Positions 49,557 to 59,692 of a stretch of 60,621 bases of DNA are shown one piece after another. Below the pieces are notes generated by a model that was given only the letters and a program-made list of their open reading frames with translations, did not search any database and was not told the origin of the DNA. Numbering within the stretch: position 1 is the stretch's first letter; every line of letters starts with the position of its first letter. The translations under genes were made by a program, and so were the position numbers. The DNA comes from Candidatus Muproteobacteria bacterium RBG_16_65_34. Its GTDB lineage: Bacteria; Pseudomonadota; Gammaproteobacteria; Acidiferrobacterales; Sulfurifustaceae. The DNA is taken from assembly GCA_001785115.1 (NCBI GenBank), contig MFSU01000076.1, positions 1 through 60,621 on the forward strand. The letters are read 5' to 3'.

Positions 49557-49608
49557 GCACGGCGCGCCGAAGACTTTTCTCTTCTCTCTTTTCTCTTTGC
49601 ACTTTTCT
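49518..49608. repeat. Hairpin of heptamers: GAGAAAA-type x5 / CTTTTCT-type x5; the left arm lies inside the waaF 3' end
   Basis: gagaaaa gagcaaa ggacaaa gagaaaa gggaagg ... cttttct cttctct cttttct ctttgca cttttct. Confidence 0.9.
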
Positions 49609-49617
49609 CTATCCGTG

Positions 49618-50700
49618 ATGCTTAAAGACGCCATTGACCTTTCCGCGCTACGCCGCGTGCTGGTGGTGAAGCTGCGCCACCACGGCGACGTGCTGCTCGC
49701 CTCGCCGGTGTTCACCGTTCTGAAAAACCACGCGCCGCACGTCGAGGTTGATGCGCTGGTCTACCGCGACACCGAGCCCATGCTGCTCGGCCATCCTGCG
49801 ATCGCGAACATTTTCACGGTGGATCGCGGTTGGAAACAGGAAGGCCGGTCTGCGCAGATTGCGAACGAGTGGCGCCTGTTCCGATCCCTGCGCGCGCGGC
49901 ATTACGATCTCATCGTGCATCTGACGGAAAGTCCCCGCGGCGCGGTGCTCAGCCTGCTGCTGGGAGCGCGTTACAGCGTCGCACGCGAGTACCCCGCCAG
50001 GCGCGGGACGTTGTGGCGCAACAGCTTTACCCACCTGTATCAGGTGCCGACGAAACCGCGGCACACGGTGGAAATCCATCTCGACGCCCTGCGTCGCCTC
50101 GGGATTTACCCCGAGCTCGACGAGCGGCATCTGGTTCTCAGTGTGAGCGACGAGGCCGAGACCTCGGTGCGCGCCCTCATGGCGCGTCATGGAATTGAGC
50201 CCAAGCAATCCATTCATATCCATCCGACCTCGCGCTGGCTGTTCAAGTGCTGGACGGTGGACAAGTACGTCGCGCTGATTGACGCCCTGCAAGAAATGGG
50301 TGAACGCATCGTGCTCACGGCCGCACCGGCTGAGCATGAGCTTCAATTCGTCGCCAGCATCACTTCACAACTCAAGCGTCCCGTGGCGGACCTGTGCGGC
50401 CAGCTCGACCTCAAGCAGCTCGCGGCGCTCACCCGGCAGGCGAAATGTTTCGTCGGCGTGGATTCCGTGCCCATGCACATCGCCGCGGCGATGCAGACGC
50501 CTACCGTGGTTTTGTTCGGCCCGAGCGGCGACCTCGAATGGGGACCTTGGCAAGTGAAAGCACGCGTGCTGACCTCGAATCATTCCTGCCGTCCCTGTGG
50601 CCAGGACGGTTGTGGCAACGGCAAAGTGAGCGAATGTCTGACCACGATTGCCGTGGAGCAGGTATTGAGCGCCATCAAACAAATAACCCTGCCTTCATGA
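49618..50700 (+). CDS. GT9 heptosyltransferase, WaaQ (heptosyltransferase III)-like
   Basis: VVKLRHHGDVLL, HPTSRWLFKCW and GVDSVPMHIAAA resemble E. coli WaaQ motifs. Confidence 0.75.
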   Translation: MLKDAIDLSALRRVLVVKLRHHGDVLLASPVFTVLKNHAPHVEVDALVYRDTEPMLLGHPAIANIFTVDRGWKQEGRSAQIANEWRLFRSLRARHYDLIVHLTESPRGAVLSLLLGARYSVAREYPARRGTLWRNSFTHLYQVPTKPRHTVEIHLDALRRLGIYPELDERHLVLSVSDEAETSVRALMARHGIEPKQSIHIHPTSRWLFKCWTVDKYVALIDALQEMGERIVLTAAPAEHELQFVASITSQLKRPVADLCGQLDLKQLAALTRQAKCFVGVDSVPMHIAAAMQTPTVVLFGPSGDLEWGPWQVKARVLTSNHSCRPCGQDGCGNGKVSECLTTIAVEQVLSAIKQITLPS

Positions 50701-51575
50701 CCAGCCAATTCAAGGCCGCGATAAACACGCTTGTTCGCGCATATCTTCGGTATTCCCCGGTTACCGAGGGGAAAAGACGCCTGCTGGAATTGACGAAGCG
50801 TTTTATCCTGCCGGAAGAATCCTTGATTACTTTTCCGACCAAGCATGGATTTAGCCTTACGGCCAACCTGCGTAATGCCGAGCACCAACGCATGTATTTT
50901 TACGGCGAACATGACGAGCGGTATGAGATAAATAATATCGTTAAATTTCTTCAGGCCGGAGACGTATGCTGGGATATCGGCGCGAACGTAGGGTTTTACA
51001 CCTGCCTGTTCGCGACGCTGGTGAAGGAGCAGGGTAGCGTGGTGGCTTTTGAGCCCATCGCCTCTACCAGGGCTTTTCTTGAGGAGAATATCCGCCTCAA
51101 CGGGTTTCAGAACGTGACGGTAAAAAAGATAGCCCTGGGCGATTCCCCGGGGCGACGTCGAATATTCCTGAATCACCCCGATCTGGCCGAAGGCACCGTC
51201 TCGTTGAAGTCCGAGGAGGGGCCACATACCGAACTGATTGAAATCGATACAATCGATAATCTCTACGCGGGTCTTCCCCCTCCTGATTTTGTCAAGATCG
51301 ATGTGGAGGGCTATCAGATGGAGGTTCTTAACGGCGGAAAAAAATTCTTTTCACAATTCGGTCCGATGGTCATGGCGGAGCTTCGAGACAAGAATCGGGC
51401 GGCGATGGATGCGGCGCAGAAGTTTTTTTGGTCCCACGGCTACCTCATCTATGAGCCCAAGAAATTCACATTGAAGCTGTGTGAAAATATTCTGGAATCC
51501 AAAGAAAGAAATTTTTTTATGGTAAAAGACGATTCTCCCTACTTTGCCCGTCTTCGAGGACAGATGAGCCGATAG
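50697..51575 (+). CDS. FkbM-family SAM-dependent methyltransferase
   Basis: CWDIGANVGFYT...KIDVEGYQMEVLNG. ATGA overlap with the upstream gene. Confidence 0.75.
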   Translation: MTSQFKAAINTLVRAYLRYSPVTEGKRRLLELTKRFILPEESLITFPTKHGFSLTANLRNAEHQRMYFYGEHDERYEINNIVKFLQAGDVCWDIGANVGFYTCLFATLVKEQGSVVAFEPIASTRAFLEENIRLNGFQNVTVKKIALGDSPGRRRIFLNHPDLAEGTVSLKSEEGPHTELIEIDTIDNLYAGLPPPDFVKIDVEGYQMEVLNGGKKFFSQFGPMVMAELRDKNRAAMDAAQKFFWSHGYLIYEPKKFTLKLCENILESKERNFFMVKDDSPYFARLRGQMSR

Positions 51576-52699
51576 TGAAACCGATTTCCATCGCGCTGGT
51601 TCGGAGTCGTTATGCCCAGGATGGCGGCGCCGAGCGCTTTGTATCGCGCGTGCTCGAGGCGCTCGGTTCACGTAACGTGCAGCTTGCCCTGGTCACGCGT
51701 GAATGGTGCGGCGGCAAGGGATTTGAAGTCATCATCTGCAATCCTTTTTATATCGGTCGATTGTGGCGTGACTGGTCGTTTGCGCGTGCTGTCTGCCGTG
51801 AGCTGAAAAGCAGATCGTTCGATCTTGTGCAGTCGCATGAACGCCTCAGCTGCTGCGACGTCTATCGTGCAGGCGACGGTGTGCATCGCGAATGGCTCAA
51901 GCAACGCGCACGAGCGCTGCGAGGGCGCCGCCGCTGGATGCAGGCGCTCAATCCCTACCACCTTTATGTCAAGTGGGCTGAAGAAAAGGTTTTCAGGAGC
52001 CCGCGTCTCAAAGCCGTGATCTGTAACTCGAAGATGGTCAAAGAGGAGATCCAGCATTACTTCGGGTTGCCAGATGAGAAACTGCCGATCATCCACAACG
52101 GTGTCGACACCGAAGCCTTTCATCCACGTCTCAAGCGACACCGTACCGAGGTTCGCACGAAATACAACATCCCCGAAGAGGCAAGGCTGTTCCTGTTTGT
52201 CGGCTCCGGTTTTGAACGCAAGGGTGTCGCCGTATTGCTTGAGGTAATGGCGCAAATGCCCCCGCACGCCTATTTGCTGATTGTCGGTCGCGACAAGAGG
52301 ATCAAGAATTTCCAGCGCCGTGTCGGACAACTGGGGTTGAGCGGCCGTGTCATCTTTGCCGGCAGCCAGCCGGACGTGAAGCCTTACTACGGCGCCGCAG
52401 ATGTCCTGGTCCTGCCAACGCTTTACGACCCTTTCCCCAACGTTGTTCTCGAAGCCATGGCAAGTGGATTGCCCGTGATCACAAGCACGAAGTGCGGTGC
52501 CGCCGAGCTGGTGGAAAGTAGCGGAGGAGGATTGATATGCGATGCGCTCGATATTTCAGCTCTGGGCAAGGCCATGCAGTCACTGCTTGTCTTGGAACGT
52601 TCGGCTGCAATGGGCCGTGCCGCGCGCGCCGTCGCCGAGCGGCTCGATCTGAGCAGCATGGCGCACGCACTTTCCGCTTTGTATAGCCGCCTCGTGTAA
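51575..52699 (+). CDS. GT4 glycosyltransferase (WaaG-like)
   Basis: 374 aa. FVGSGFERKGV...PTLYDPFPNVVLEAMASGLPVI (E-x7-E region). Confidence 0.8.
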   Translation: MKPISIALVRSRYAQDGGAERFVSRVLEALGSRNVQLALVTREWCGGKGFEVIICNPFYIGRLWRDWSFARAVCRELKSRSFDLVQSHERLSCCDVYRAGDGVHREWLKQRARALRGRRRWMQALNPYHLYVKWAEEKVFRSPRLKAVICNSKMVKEEIQHYFGLPDEKLPIIHNGVDTEAFHPRLKRHRTEVRTKYNIPEEARLFLFVGSGFERKGVAVLLEVMAQMPPHAYLLIVGRDKRIKNFQRRVGQLGLSGRVIFAGSQPDVKPYYGAADVLVLPTLYDPFPNVVLEAMASGLPVITSTKCGAAELVESSGGGLICDALDISALGKAMQSLLVLERSAAMGRAARAVAERLDLSSMAHALSALYSRLV

Positions 52700-52769
52700 T
52701 TCTAAAATCTGGCGGTGTTTGCCGACCGTGGAGATTGCGCCCGTTCCTTATTTGGCAAAATCGTTTTTC

Positions 52770-53598
52770 TCATCCATATTGTTTTTTTCTAAGCAACTTT
52801 TTGGCGAACCGGCGCCAGCGTTGTCTCCCGTATTGGCTGTGGGTGTCGAAGATCCTGAGCCAAGCGCTGTCGCGACGCCGCTGCAACTCATGAAGTTGTG
52901 CCGAGACGTCCACCTCGGAAAGCTGTTTATCGAGCCGGCGACAGCAATGCAAGTAGAGTTCCCGGTCGAGCCGGTTGAACTGCTCGATGGTGGCGATATC
53001 CTCGGGGCTGATCGTTTCTATGGCCGGGCGCTTCGGATTGATGTTTGTGGGCGGACAATAACGAACCGGAAAGTCGAGCAACTTGCACAGCAGCGCATAG
53101 GATTCATCGAATCGCTCGGACAGCCCGACGAAAAGGAAACGGTCCGAGGCCTGTTTCGCGGCCTCGAGCATTTCGGCCGTGCATCCGCCTAATGGTACGC
53201 TGTCGGTCACCCCGGAGAGGCACCGCACCATCCCGTTGTCGATCGGCAGGTGGTCGCGCTGCTCGAGATACGCGCGTAGCGGTAATTGGACCGCGGGACC
53301 GGTTTTTCGCACATATCTGTCGAAGTAATAGCGGGATGCCACGCGCGCGACCGGATCGCGCAGCATGGTGATGAACGCCATGTCGCGAGGAAGCCAATCC
53401 GCCACATCCAGGCAGTAGTGGCCGTAGACAACCTTGATCCTTATCCTTTACCTCTGGGGCCATCTGCCGGAAGGCGGTGCGGGCCTGTTCGGTGTACATC
53501 GGGTAAAGCTCGCCCAGCGAGTAATTTCGCTGCAGGATCGTGCGCAGCGTTGACCCTGCCGTCTTCTCGATGTGAAAGAACGCGATACGTTGCATCAT
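52770..53598 (-). pseudogene. Sulfotransferase-family gene split by a 1-nt frameshift near 53430-53445
   Basis: The N-terminal part (frame of 53104..53598) has the PAPS-loop-like FFHIEKTAGSTL. The C-terminal part (52770..53405) continues as VVYGHYCLDVADWLPRDMAFITMLRDPVARV in another frame. Confidence 0.65.
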
Positions 53599-54095
53599 TT
53601 GTCACCACATGGTTGATCGTTCACCATTATTGAGTCGCCATGCTAATTCTTTGTAACGTCGTCGGAATCGGTTTGCCGCAGCGTGCGACAGCTCAATCGC
53701 ATTGCCGGGGTATGAGAAACCCGTCCAGCGAGTGCGCGATACACTGCCTCATCCGGGGTATCGGCCAAGTTCGGGACACACCGCCGGAAAAGCGCATGCA
53801 ATCACGACCAGCGTGTCACCACCTGGCACTATATATTTTATCGCAATCTTCGCGGAGCAAAGGCATCTGGTCATCGGGCGATCTTTTCTTTATCATTCCC
53901 GGAGAAAAACTGTCTTGGCGATAGACATCGCTGGTGCGGTCTAATCAGCTGCTTTTATCCTTCCGGTGAAGATGGGCCGGCCGGCTCGCGCATTTCTGGT
54001 CATAGCCGATCGATGGCGGTATCCCAATGTACGCAGAAGTTCTGGCGCGCGGCGCACGAGGCGCATTAACGAGCAATGCATAGCGGGAAGGACAA

Positions 54096-55232
54096 TTGAA
54101 ACGAACGCCGCTTCACATCGTGCATACCGAGGCCTCGTGTGGCTGGGGTGGGCAGGAAATCCGGATTTTGACCGAGGCGGAAGGCATGATCCACCGCGGG
54201 CATCTGGTTGAGATCTGGGCCGTACCCGGCTCCGACATTCTCGAACAAGCGGTTCGGCGCGCTATTGCGCATCGGGCCTTGCCAATCGAGCGCAAGGGAC
54301 TGCGCGGGATTATTGCCGTGCGCCGTGCGCTTGCCTTAACCCGTCCAGATGTTATCAACACCCACAGCTCCACGGACGCCTGGCTCGTGGCGCTCGCGTG
54401 CCGCACGCTGCGCGACCCCCCGCCGATGGTGCGCACGCGCCATATCTCCGCGCCGGTGCCGGATAATCGCGCCACGCATTGGCTTTATACCCGCGCCACG
54501 CGCCATATCGTCACGACCGGAGAACGGCTGCGGGAGACGTTGATCCGCGACAACCGCTATCCGGGCGATCGGATCACGTCGGTCCCGACGGGCATCGACC
54601 CCGCGCGTTTTCACCCGGGCGAGAAGGGCGCGGCGCGCCGCGCGCTCGGGCTCGATCCGTCCGCGCGCTACGTGGGAATCGTCGCCACGCTGCGCAGCTG
54701 GAAGGGCCACCTGTATCTCGTGGACGCGTTCGCGCGGCTCGTCGCCGACGAGCCCGGGCTCAGGCTGGTCATCGTGGGCGACGGGCCGATGCGCCAACCG
54801 ATCGAGGAGCGCATCGCGCGCCTGGGCCTCGCCTCCCGCGTCACGCTCGCCGGTCGCCAGGAACGGGTGGAACAATGGCTCCAGGCGCTGGACGCGTTCT
54901 GTCTGCCGTCTTATGCCAACGAAGGCGTGCCGCAGGCGCTGCTCCAGGCGATGTTCACGGGCCTGCCGGTGGTTACCACCTCGGTAGGCAGCATCGGTGA
55001 GGCGGTGACGGACGGCGTCACCGGTCTCGTCGTCCCGCCCAAGGACGCGCCGGCGCTGGCCGAGGCGCTGCGACGGCTGCTCGACGACCCCGCGCTCGCC
55101 GCGCGGCTCGGCGGTGCGGCGCGCGAACGCGCGCCGAAACAGTTCGGCCTCGAAACCATGCTTACGGGTATGGAGGCGGTTTTCCGCCGACTCGCCACGC
55201 CCGTTTCATTCTCCCCGGAGCCGTCACGATGA
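54096..55232 (+). CDS. GT4 glycosyltransferase
   Basis: 378 aa. GGQEIRIL N-terminus, LRSWKGH, and PSYANEGVPQALLQAMFTGLPVV. Confidence 0.8.
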   Translation: MKRTPLHIVHTEASCGWGGQEIRILTEAEGMIHRGHLVEIWAVPGSDILEQAVRRAIAHRALPIERKGLRGIIAVRRALALTRPDVINTHSSTDAWLVALACRTLRDPPPMVRTRHISAPVPDNRATHWLYTRATRHIVTTGERLRETLIRDNRYPGDRITSVPTGIDPARFHPGEKGAARRALGLDPSARYVGIVATLRSWKGHLYLVDAFARLVADEPGLRLVIVGDGPMRQPIEERIARLGLASRVTLAGRQERVEQWLQALDAFCLPSYANEGVPQALLQAMFTGLPVVTTSVGSIGEAVTDGVTGLVVPPKDAPALAEALRRLLDDPALAARLGGAARERAPKQFGLETMLTGMEAVFRRLATPVSFSPEPSR

Positions 55233-55972
55233 CATTCGACACGGCGAGCATCAGCGCCGACGCGGCACGGCAGCTTCGCGATTTCCAGGCGCGGATCGCG
55301 GGCATTCCCTACGAGCGCAAGGGCGTGCTGTTTTCCGAGATGTTCTTTCTGTACCTGTGCGCGCAGCGGGTCGCGCCGCGCCGCGTGCTGGAGTCCGGGC
55401 GCGCGCGCGGCCAGAGCACGCTGCTGCTGTCGGTGCTGTTTCCCGACATCCCGATCGTCAGCCTCGAGCACGATCCCGGCTCGCCCGACGTGGCCGTGGC
55501 CAACGAACGGCTGCGCGGCCGGGAGCGCGTCGATCTGCGCTTCGGCGATGCCACCCGCATCCTGCCGGCGGAGGTGCGGGAGGGCGATGTTGTCTTGATC
55601 GACGGGCCGAAGGGTTTTCGTGGCTTGCGTCTGGCCTTGCGTCTTCTCGCGACCGGCCGTCCGGCGCTGGTCTTCGTCCATGACTGCGGCGTCGGCATAG
55701 CCGAGCGCAGCTTCCTCGATCGGCACGTTCCGGGTGCGATCTACAGCGACTCGATCGAGTTTGCCCGCATCGCGCGTGTCCTCGACGCGACCTGCTGGGC
55801 AGGCATGCCGGCGGATCGCTGTTTCGAGGGCGATCGTGCTCCGCTGGCCTATGGGTACGGCCTCGCGTGCTTGCCCCGCAATCCGGCAGTGCCTTATCGG
55901 TGGCTACTCGTGCGCGCCGGTATCGATGGCTTTCTCCACCGGCACTCAACCGCCGCGGACGCGCCGCAATGA
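55229..55972 (+). CDS. Hypothetical protein, possibly a class I SAM-dependent methyltransferase
   Basis: VLESGRARGQSTLLL and DVVLIDGPK resemble O-methyltransferase motifs I and II. ATGA coupling on both sides. Confidence 0.4.
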   Translation: MTFDTASISADAARQLRDFQARIAGIPYERKGVLFSEMFFLYLCAQRVAPRRVLESGRARGQSTLLLSVLFPDIPIVSLEHDPGSPDVAVANERLRGRERVDLRFGDATRILPAEVREGDVVLIDGPKGFRGLRLALRLLATGRPALVFVHDCGVGIAERSFLDRHVPGAIYSDSIEFARIARVLDATCWAGMPADRCFEGDRAPLAYGYGLACLPRNPAVPYRWLLVRAGIDGFLHRHSTAADAPQ

Positions 55973-56697
55973 CCCAAATCCTCGACTGGACGAGGCTGTC
56001 CGACGATCCCAACAACAGCGAGGCCAAGCGCCTGGTCAGGCGCCGCCTGCTTGCCGTGCGCCAGATCCACATGAACATGGATCTGTCCCAGTATGTGCTG
56101 GACGCGGCGAAAGGAAAGCGGGTCCTGGACATCGGCGTTGCGGCTCATGCCGCGCGTTACATCGATGATCCCGGCTGGCGCCACGGGAAAATTCACGCGG
56201 TCGCGACGCGCTGCGTGGGTGTCGACATCCTCGAGTCGCTGGTGCGCGACCTGCAGACCAAGGGTTACGACGTGCGCTGTGTCGACGCTACCTCCGAGGC
56301 GGATCTGGGCGAGCGCTTCGATGTTGTGTTCATCGGCGACGTTATCGAGCATGTCGATAACCCGGCGGCCCTGCTTCGCTTTGGCACGCGGCACCTGGCG
56401 CCCGGCGGCCGTCTGTTGGTGGCCACACCCAATCCCTTCAGTCGCAAATTCTATCGACGCTTCCGGCGTGACGGCGTGGTCATGATCAACCTCGACCACG
56501 TTGCCTGGTTCAGTCAGACCATGGCACTGGAACTCGGGCGTCGCGCGGGTCTGGCGCTGCACGCCTATCACCTGGTAAAGCCGATTGCTCCATGGAAGCA
56601 ACCGCTCAAGCGGCTGGCTTGGCGCTACCGGGCGCCGGAGTACACATTCCCGGACTTCCTTTTTGAGTACCGGATTCCGCAGCCAGACGCCGGTTGA
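55969..56697 (+). CDS. Class I SAM-dependent methyltransferase
   Basis: RVLDIGVAAH...FDVVFIGDVIEHVDNP...GGRLLVATPN. Confidence 0.7.
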   Translation: MTQILDWTRLSDDPNNSEAKRLVRRRLLAVRQIHMNMDLSQYVLDAAKGKRVLDIGVAAHAARYIDDPGWRHGKIHAVATRCVGVDILESLVRDLQTKGYDVRCVDATSEADLGERFDVVFIGDVIEHVDNPAALLRFGTRHLAPGGRLLVATPNPFSRKFYRRFRRDGVVMINLDHVAWFSQTMALELGRRAGLALHAYHLVKPIAPWKQPLKRLAWRYRAPEYTFPDFLFEYRIPQPDAG

Positions 56698-56704
56698 TTG
56701 TCCG

Positions 56705-57739
56705 ATGTCGGGGTCAATTTCGTCATTCCTGTTCATCAACGTTTCGCGCATCGGCGATACACTGTTCGCCACGCCGGCCATGCGCGCGGTCGCTGCGGCC
56801 TATCCGGGTTGTCACATCACCGCGCTCGCGCATCCGAAGCGCGCGGAAGTGTTGCAGGGCCTTCCGTTTGTTGCACGCGTCGGCGGCATCACCAAGAAAA
56901 CCGCGCCGTGGCGGGGTCGGTTCGGGGGGCGCCGTTATGATTACGCCTTGGTGTATGGCTTCGACGATCCGCTGGTGGCGTACGCCTTGCGCGTCGCGGA
57001 GCGCGTCGTCGCCTTTCGGCAGAAGCGCGACGTGCTCAACCGGCGCCTGTATCGCTGCGTGGAGATTCCCCCGTTCCAGAGCGAGCACGCCGTCATGCAC
57101 CATCTGCGCCTGTCTGCCGCGCTGAACGTGGCTCCGGCCGGACGGCGCATTGCCTATCGGGTCCTGCCGGACGAAGCCGCGGCTGCGCGGGCGCGGCTCG
57201 CGGTCGACGTCCCCGTCGGCGCCGGCCCGCTGATCGGGTTGCAGGTGGCGAGCTTCCCGACCAAGGACTACCGCAACTGGCCCGTCGAATACTTTGCGAA
57301 CCTCGCGCAGGCCATCCGCGCCGAGTGGCCGGGCGCACACTTTTTGATTTACGGCGGCGCCGAGGAACAGACGCGCACCCGCTGGCTTAAGGAGCAGCTC
57401 GGCACCCACGCGACGCTCTACGCCGGGCGCCTGACGCTGCGCGAAACCGCGGCCCTGATGAGTCTGACTGATCTGTATATAGGTGTGGACACGGGTCCGA
57501 CTCATATCATGAGCGCATTCGACATTCCGCTCGTGGGTCTCTACCACTGCCTGTCCTCGAGCCGCCTGACCGGCCCCCTCGACCATCCGTGCCTGTACGC
57601 GCTCGACCATCCGCGCACCGGCCGGGACTGCACCGAGCAGACGCCGATGTCCGAGATTTCAGTCGAGGCGGTGCTCGCGCAGGCGCGGCGCGCGCTCGCC
57701 GAGCATCCGCCCGCGCCGGCCAAGCGGCGCGCCCCATGA
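56705..57739 (+). CDS. GT9-family glycosyltransferase (third heptosyltransferase-like gene)
   Basis: FINVSRIGDTLFATPAMRAV and YIGVDTGPTHIMSAF motifs. Confidence 0.7.
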   Translation: MSGSISSFLFINVSRIGDTLFATPAMRAVAAAYPGCHITALAHPKRAEVLQGLPFVARVGGITKKTAPWRGRFGGRRYDYALVYGFDDPLVAYALRVAERVVAFRQKRDVLNRRLYRCVEIPPFQSEHAVMHHLRLSAALNVAPAGRRIAYRVLPDEAAAARARLAVDVPVGAGPLIGLQVASFPTKDYRNWPVEYFANLAQAIRAEWPGAHFLIYGGAEEQTRTRWLKEQLGTHATLYAGRLTLRETAALMSLTDLYIGVDTGPTHIMSAFDIPLVGLYHCLSSSRLTGPLDHPCLYALDHPRTGRDCTEQTPMSEISVEAVLAQARRALAEHPPAPAKRRAP

Positions 57740-58851
57740 AGTTCGGATTCGTCGTCACCAATCTCGCGGGCGGCGGCGCCGAGAAGGCCCTGCTCAAGCT
57801 CGGCGCGCTGCTCACGACTCGGAATCACGAGGTTCAGCTGTTGTTGCTCGAGCATCGGGTCGAGCACGCCGTTCCATCCGGCGTCGCGCTTCATGCGCTG
57901 ACCCCCCCGGGCCGGTCGCTGTCCAAAGGCATGCTCGGCAAACGGCTGGCGGCGTTTCGCCTGCGCCGGTTGCACGACCGGCTCGCCGCGCACGGTCCCT
58001 TCGACCTCGTCGTCTCGACCCTGCCGTTCGCCGACGAGGTCGCGATCCGGGCCGGGTTGCCGCGCCACTGGTGCCGGATCGCCAACACGCTCTCGGCCGA
58101 GATCGCGCGCCTGCGCGCGACCGATCCCCGCAAGGCCGAGCGGCGGCGGACACGTTACCGGCGGCTGTACGGCCGGCGGCCGTTGATCGCCGTGTCCGAC
58201 GGCGTGGCGGCCGACCTGCGCGATGCCTTGCAGCTCGCGCGGGCGCGCATCGAGCGCATCTACAACCCGTTCGATTTCGCCGCGATCCGCGCGGCTGCGG
58301 CGGAACCCGCGCCGTTGCCCGAGGGCCGCTACGTCATCCACGTGGGCCGGTTCTCCGCGCAGAAACGCCACGACCTGCTGCTCGACGCCTGGGCCCGGCT
58401 CGACACGCCGCACCGGCTGGTGCTGCTCACCCCGCCGGACGAGCGGCTCGCGCGCCTGATCGAGGCGCGCGGGCTCGAGCGGCGGGTGACGGTGGCCGGT
58501 TTCCAGCCCAACCCCTATCCGTGGATCGCGGGCGCCGACCTGCTGGTACTGTCTTCCGATCATGAGGGTCTGCCCAATGTCCTCATCGAGGCGCTGGCGC
58601 TCGGTACGCCCGTGGTCAGCACCGACTGTCCCTCCGGCCCGCGCGAGATACTGGGGGCCGCCTGCCCCGGGTGCCTGGTCCCGGTGAACGACGCCGGGTC
58701 GCTGGCGCAGGCGATGGCCCGTGCCTTGGCCGATCCACCCGATCCGGCGCGCGTGGATCTCGGCCCCTACGCCGCCGAGCGCGTGGCCGCCGCGTACGAG
58801 CGGTTGGCGGCGGAAACGACAGCCGGTCCGAACGACAGGAGCACAACGTGA
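57736..58851 (+). CDS. GT4 glycosyltransferase
   Basis: VVTNLAGGGAEK, HVGRFSAQKRHDLL and SSDHEGLPNVLIEALALGTPVV. Confidence 0.8.
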   Translation: MKFGFVVTNLAGGGAEKALLKLGALLTTRNHEVQLLLLEHRVEHAVPSGVALHALTPPGRSLSKGMLGKRLAAFRLRRLHDRLAAHGPFDLVVSTLPFADEVAIRAGLPRHWCRIANTLSAEIARLRATDPRKAERRRTRYRRLYGRRPLIAVSDGVAADLRDALQLARARIERIYNPFDFAAIRAAAAEPAPLPEGRYVIHVGRFSAQKRHDLLLDAWARLDTPHRLVLLTPPDERLARLIEARGLERRVTVAGFQPNPYPWIAGADLLVLSSDHEGLPNVLIEALALGTPVVSTDCPSGPREILGAACPGCLVPVNDAGSLAQAMARALADPPDPARVDLGPYAAERVAAAYERLAAETTAGPNDRSTT

Positions 58852-59657
58852 GCGAAGATCGATTCGACTTCGGCAAGAACTGGGAGAGTTACGCCCGGCT
58901 GATCGACGCGGAAAAGATCGCCAAGGCCGAGGACGGGCTCGGGGCGTTCCTCGGCACCCGCGATCTCTCCGGGCGGACGTTCCTCGACATCGGATGCGGC
59001 TCCGGGCTGCATTCCCTGGCGGCGCTGCGATTCGGCGCGCAGGAGATCGTGGCGATCGACGTCGATCCCTATTCGGTGTCCACCGCCCGGGCGGTGCTGG
59101 AACGGCTCTGGACGGGCGCCAACAAGTCCGTGCGGCATATCAGCGTTTTCGACCTGGGCCAGCAGCCGCTCGGCGAGTTCGATATCGTCTATTCGTGGGG
59201 CGTGTTGCACCACACCGGCGACATGAACCGCGCGATCGAGATCGCCGCGCGCCACGTCAAACCCGGCGGGTTGTTCGCCGTGGCGCTGTATGGAAAGACC
59301 CGCTACTGCGGCATCTGGAAGAAGATCAAGCGCTGGTACGTCAACGCCTCGCCCGAGAAGCAGGCCCGGGCCGAACGTCTTTACATCCGGTTGTTCGGCT
59401 TTTATATGTTGCTGCGCGGCAAGCGCCTGTCCACCCATATCGCCAACTATAAGAAGAAGCGCGGCATGGATTTCTATCACGACGTGCGCGACTGGATCGG
59501 CGGCTATCCCTACGAGTCGATCGCGCCGGAGGAGCTGAACCGCTTGCTGGCGCCGCTGGGGTTCGACCTCGTCAAGCAGAACGTGAGACGCAGGTCGGGA
59601 CTGTTCGGTTCCGGAAACGACGAATATCTGTTCAGAAAGCAGAGCGGCAAGAACTGA
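58848..59657 (+). CDS. Class I SAM-dependent methyltransferase
   Basis: GTG start overlapping the upstream stop. FLDIGCGSGLHS...FDIVYSWGVLHHTGD. Confidence 0.7.
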   Translation: MSEDRFDFGKNWESYARLIDAEKIAKAEDGLGAFLGTRDLSGRTFLDIGCGSGLHSLAALRFGAQEIVAIDVDPYSVSTARAVLERLWTGANKSVRHISVFDLGQQPLGEFDIVYSWGVLHHTGDMNRAIEIAARHVKPGGLFAVALYGKTRYCGIWKKIKRWYVNASPEKQARAERLYIRLFGFYMLLRGKRLSTHIANYKKKRGMDFYHDVRDWIGGYPYESIAPEELNRLLAPLGFDLVKQNVRRRSGLFGSGNDEYLFRKQSGKN

Positions 59658-59692
59658 GTTGCGATCGTCAAACCAGCCCTTATCGGACAACC

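Noticed and set aside
52719-53192. 157-aa plus-strand ORF
   Set aside because: It is antisense to the C-terminal half of the sulfotransferase, which has the better family signature.
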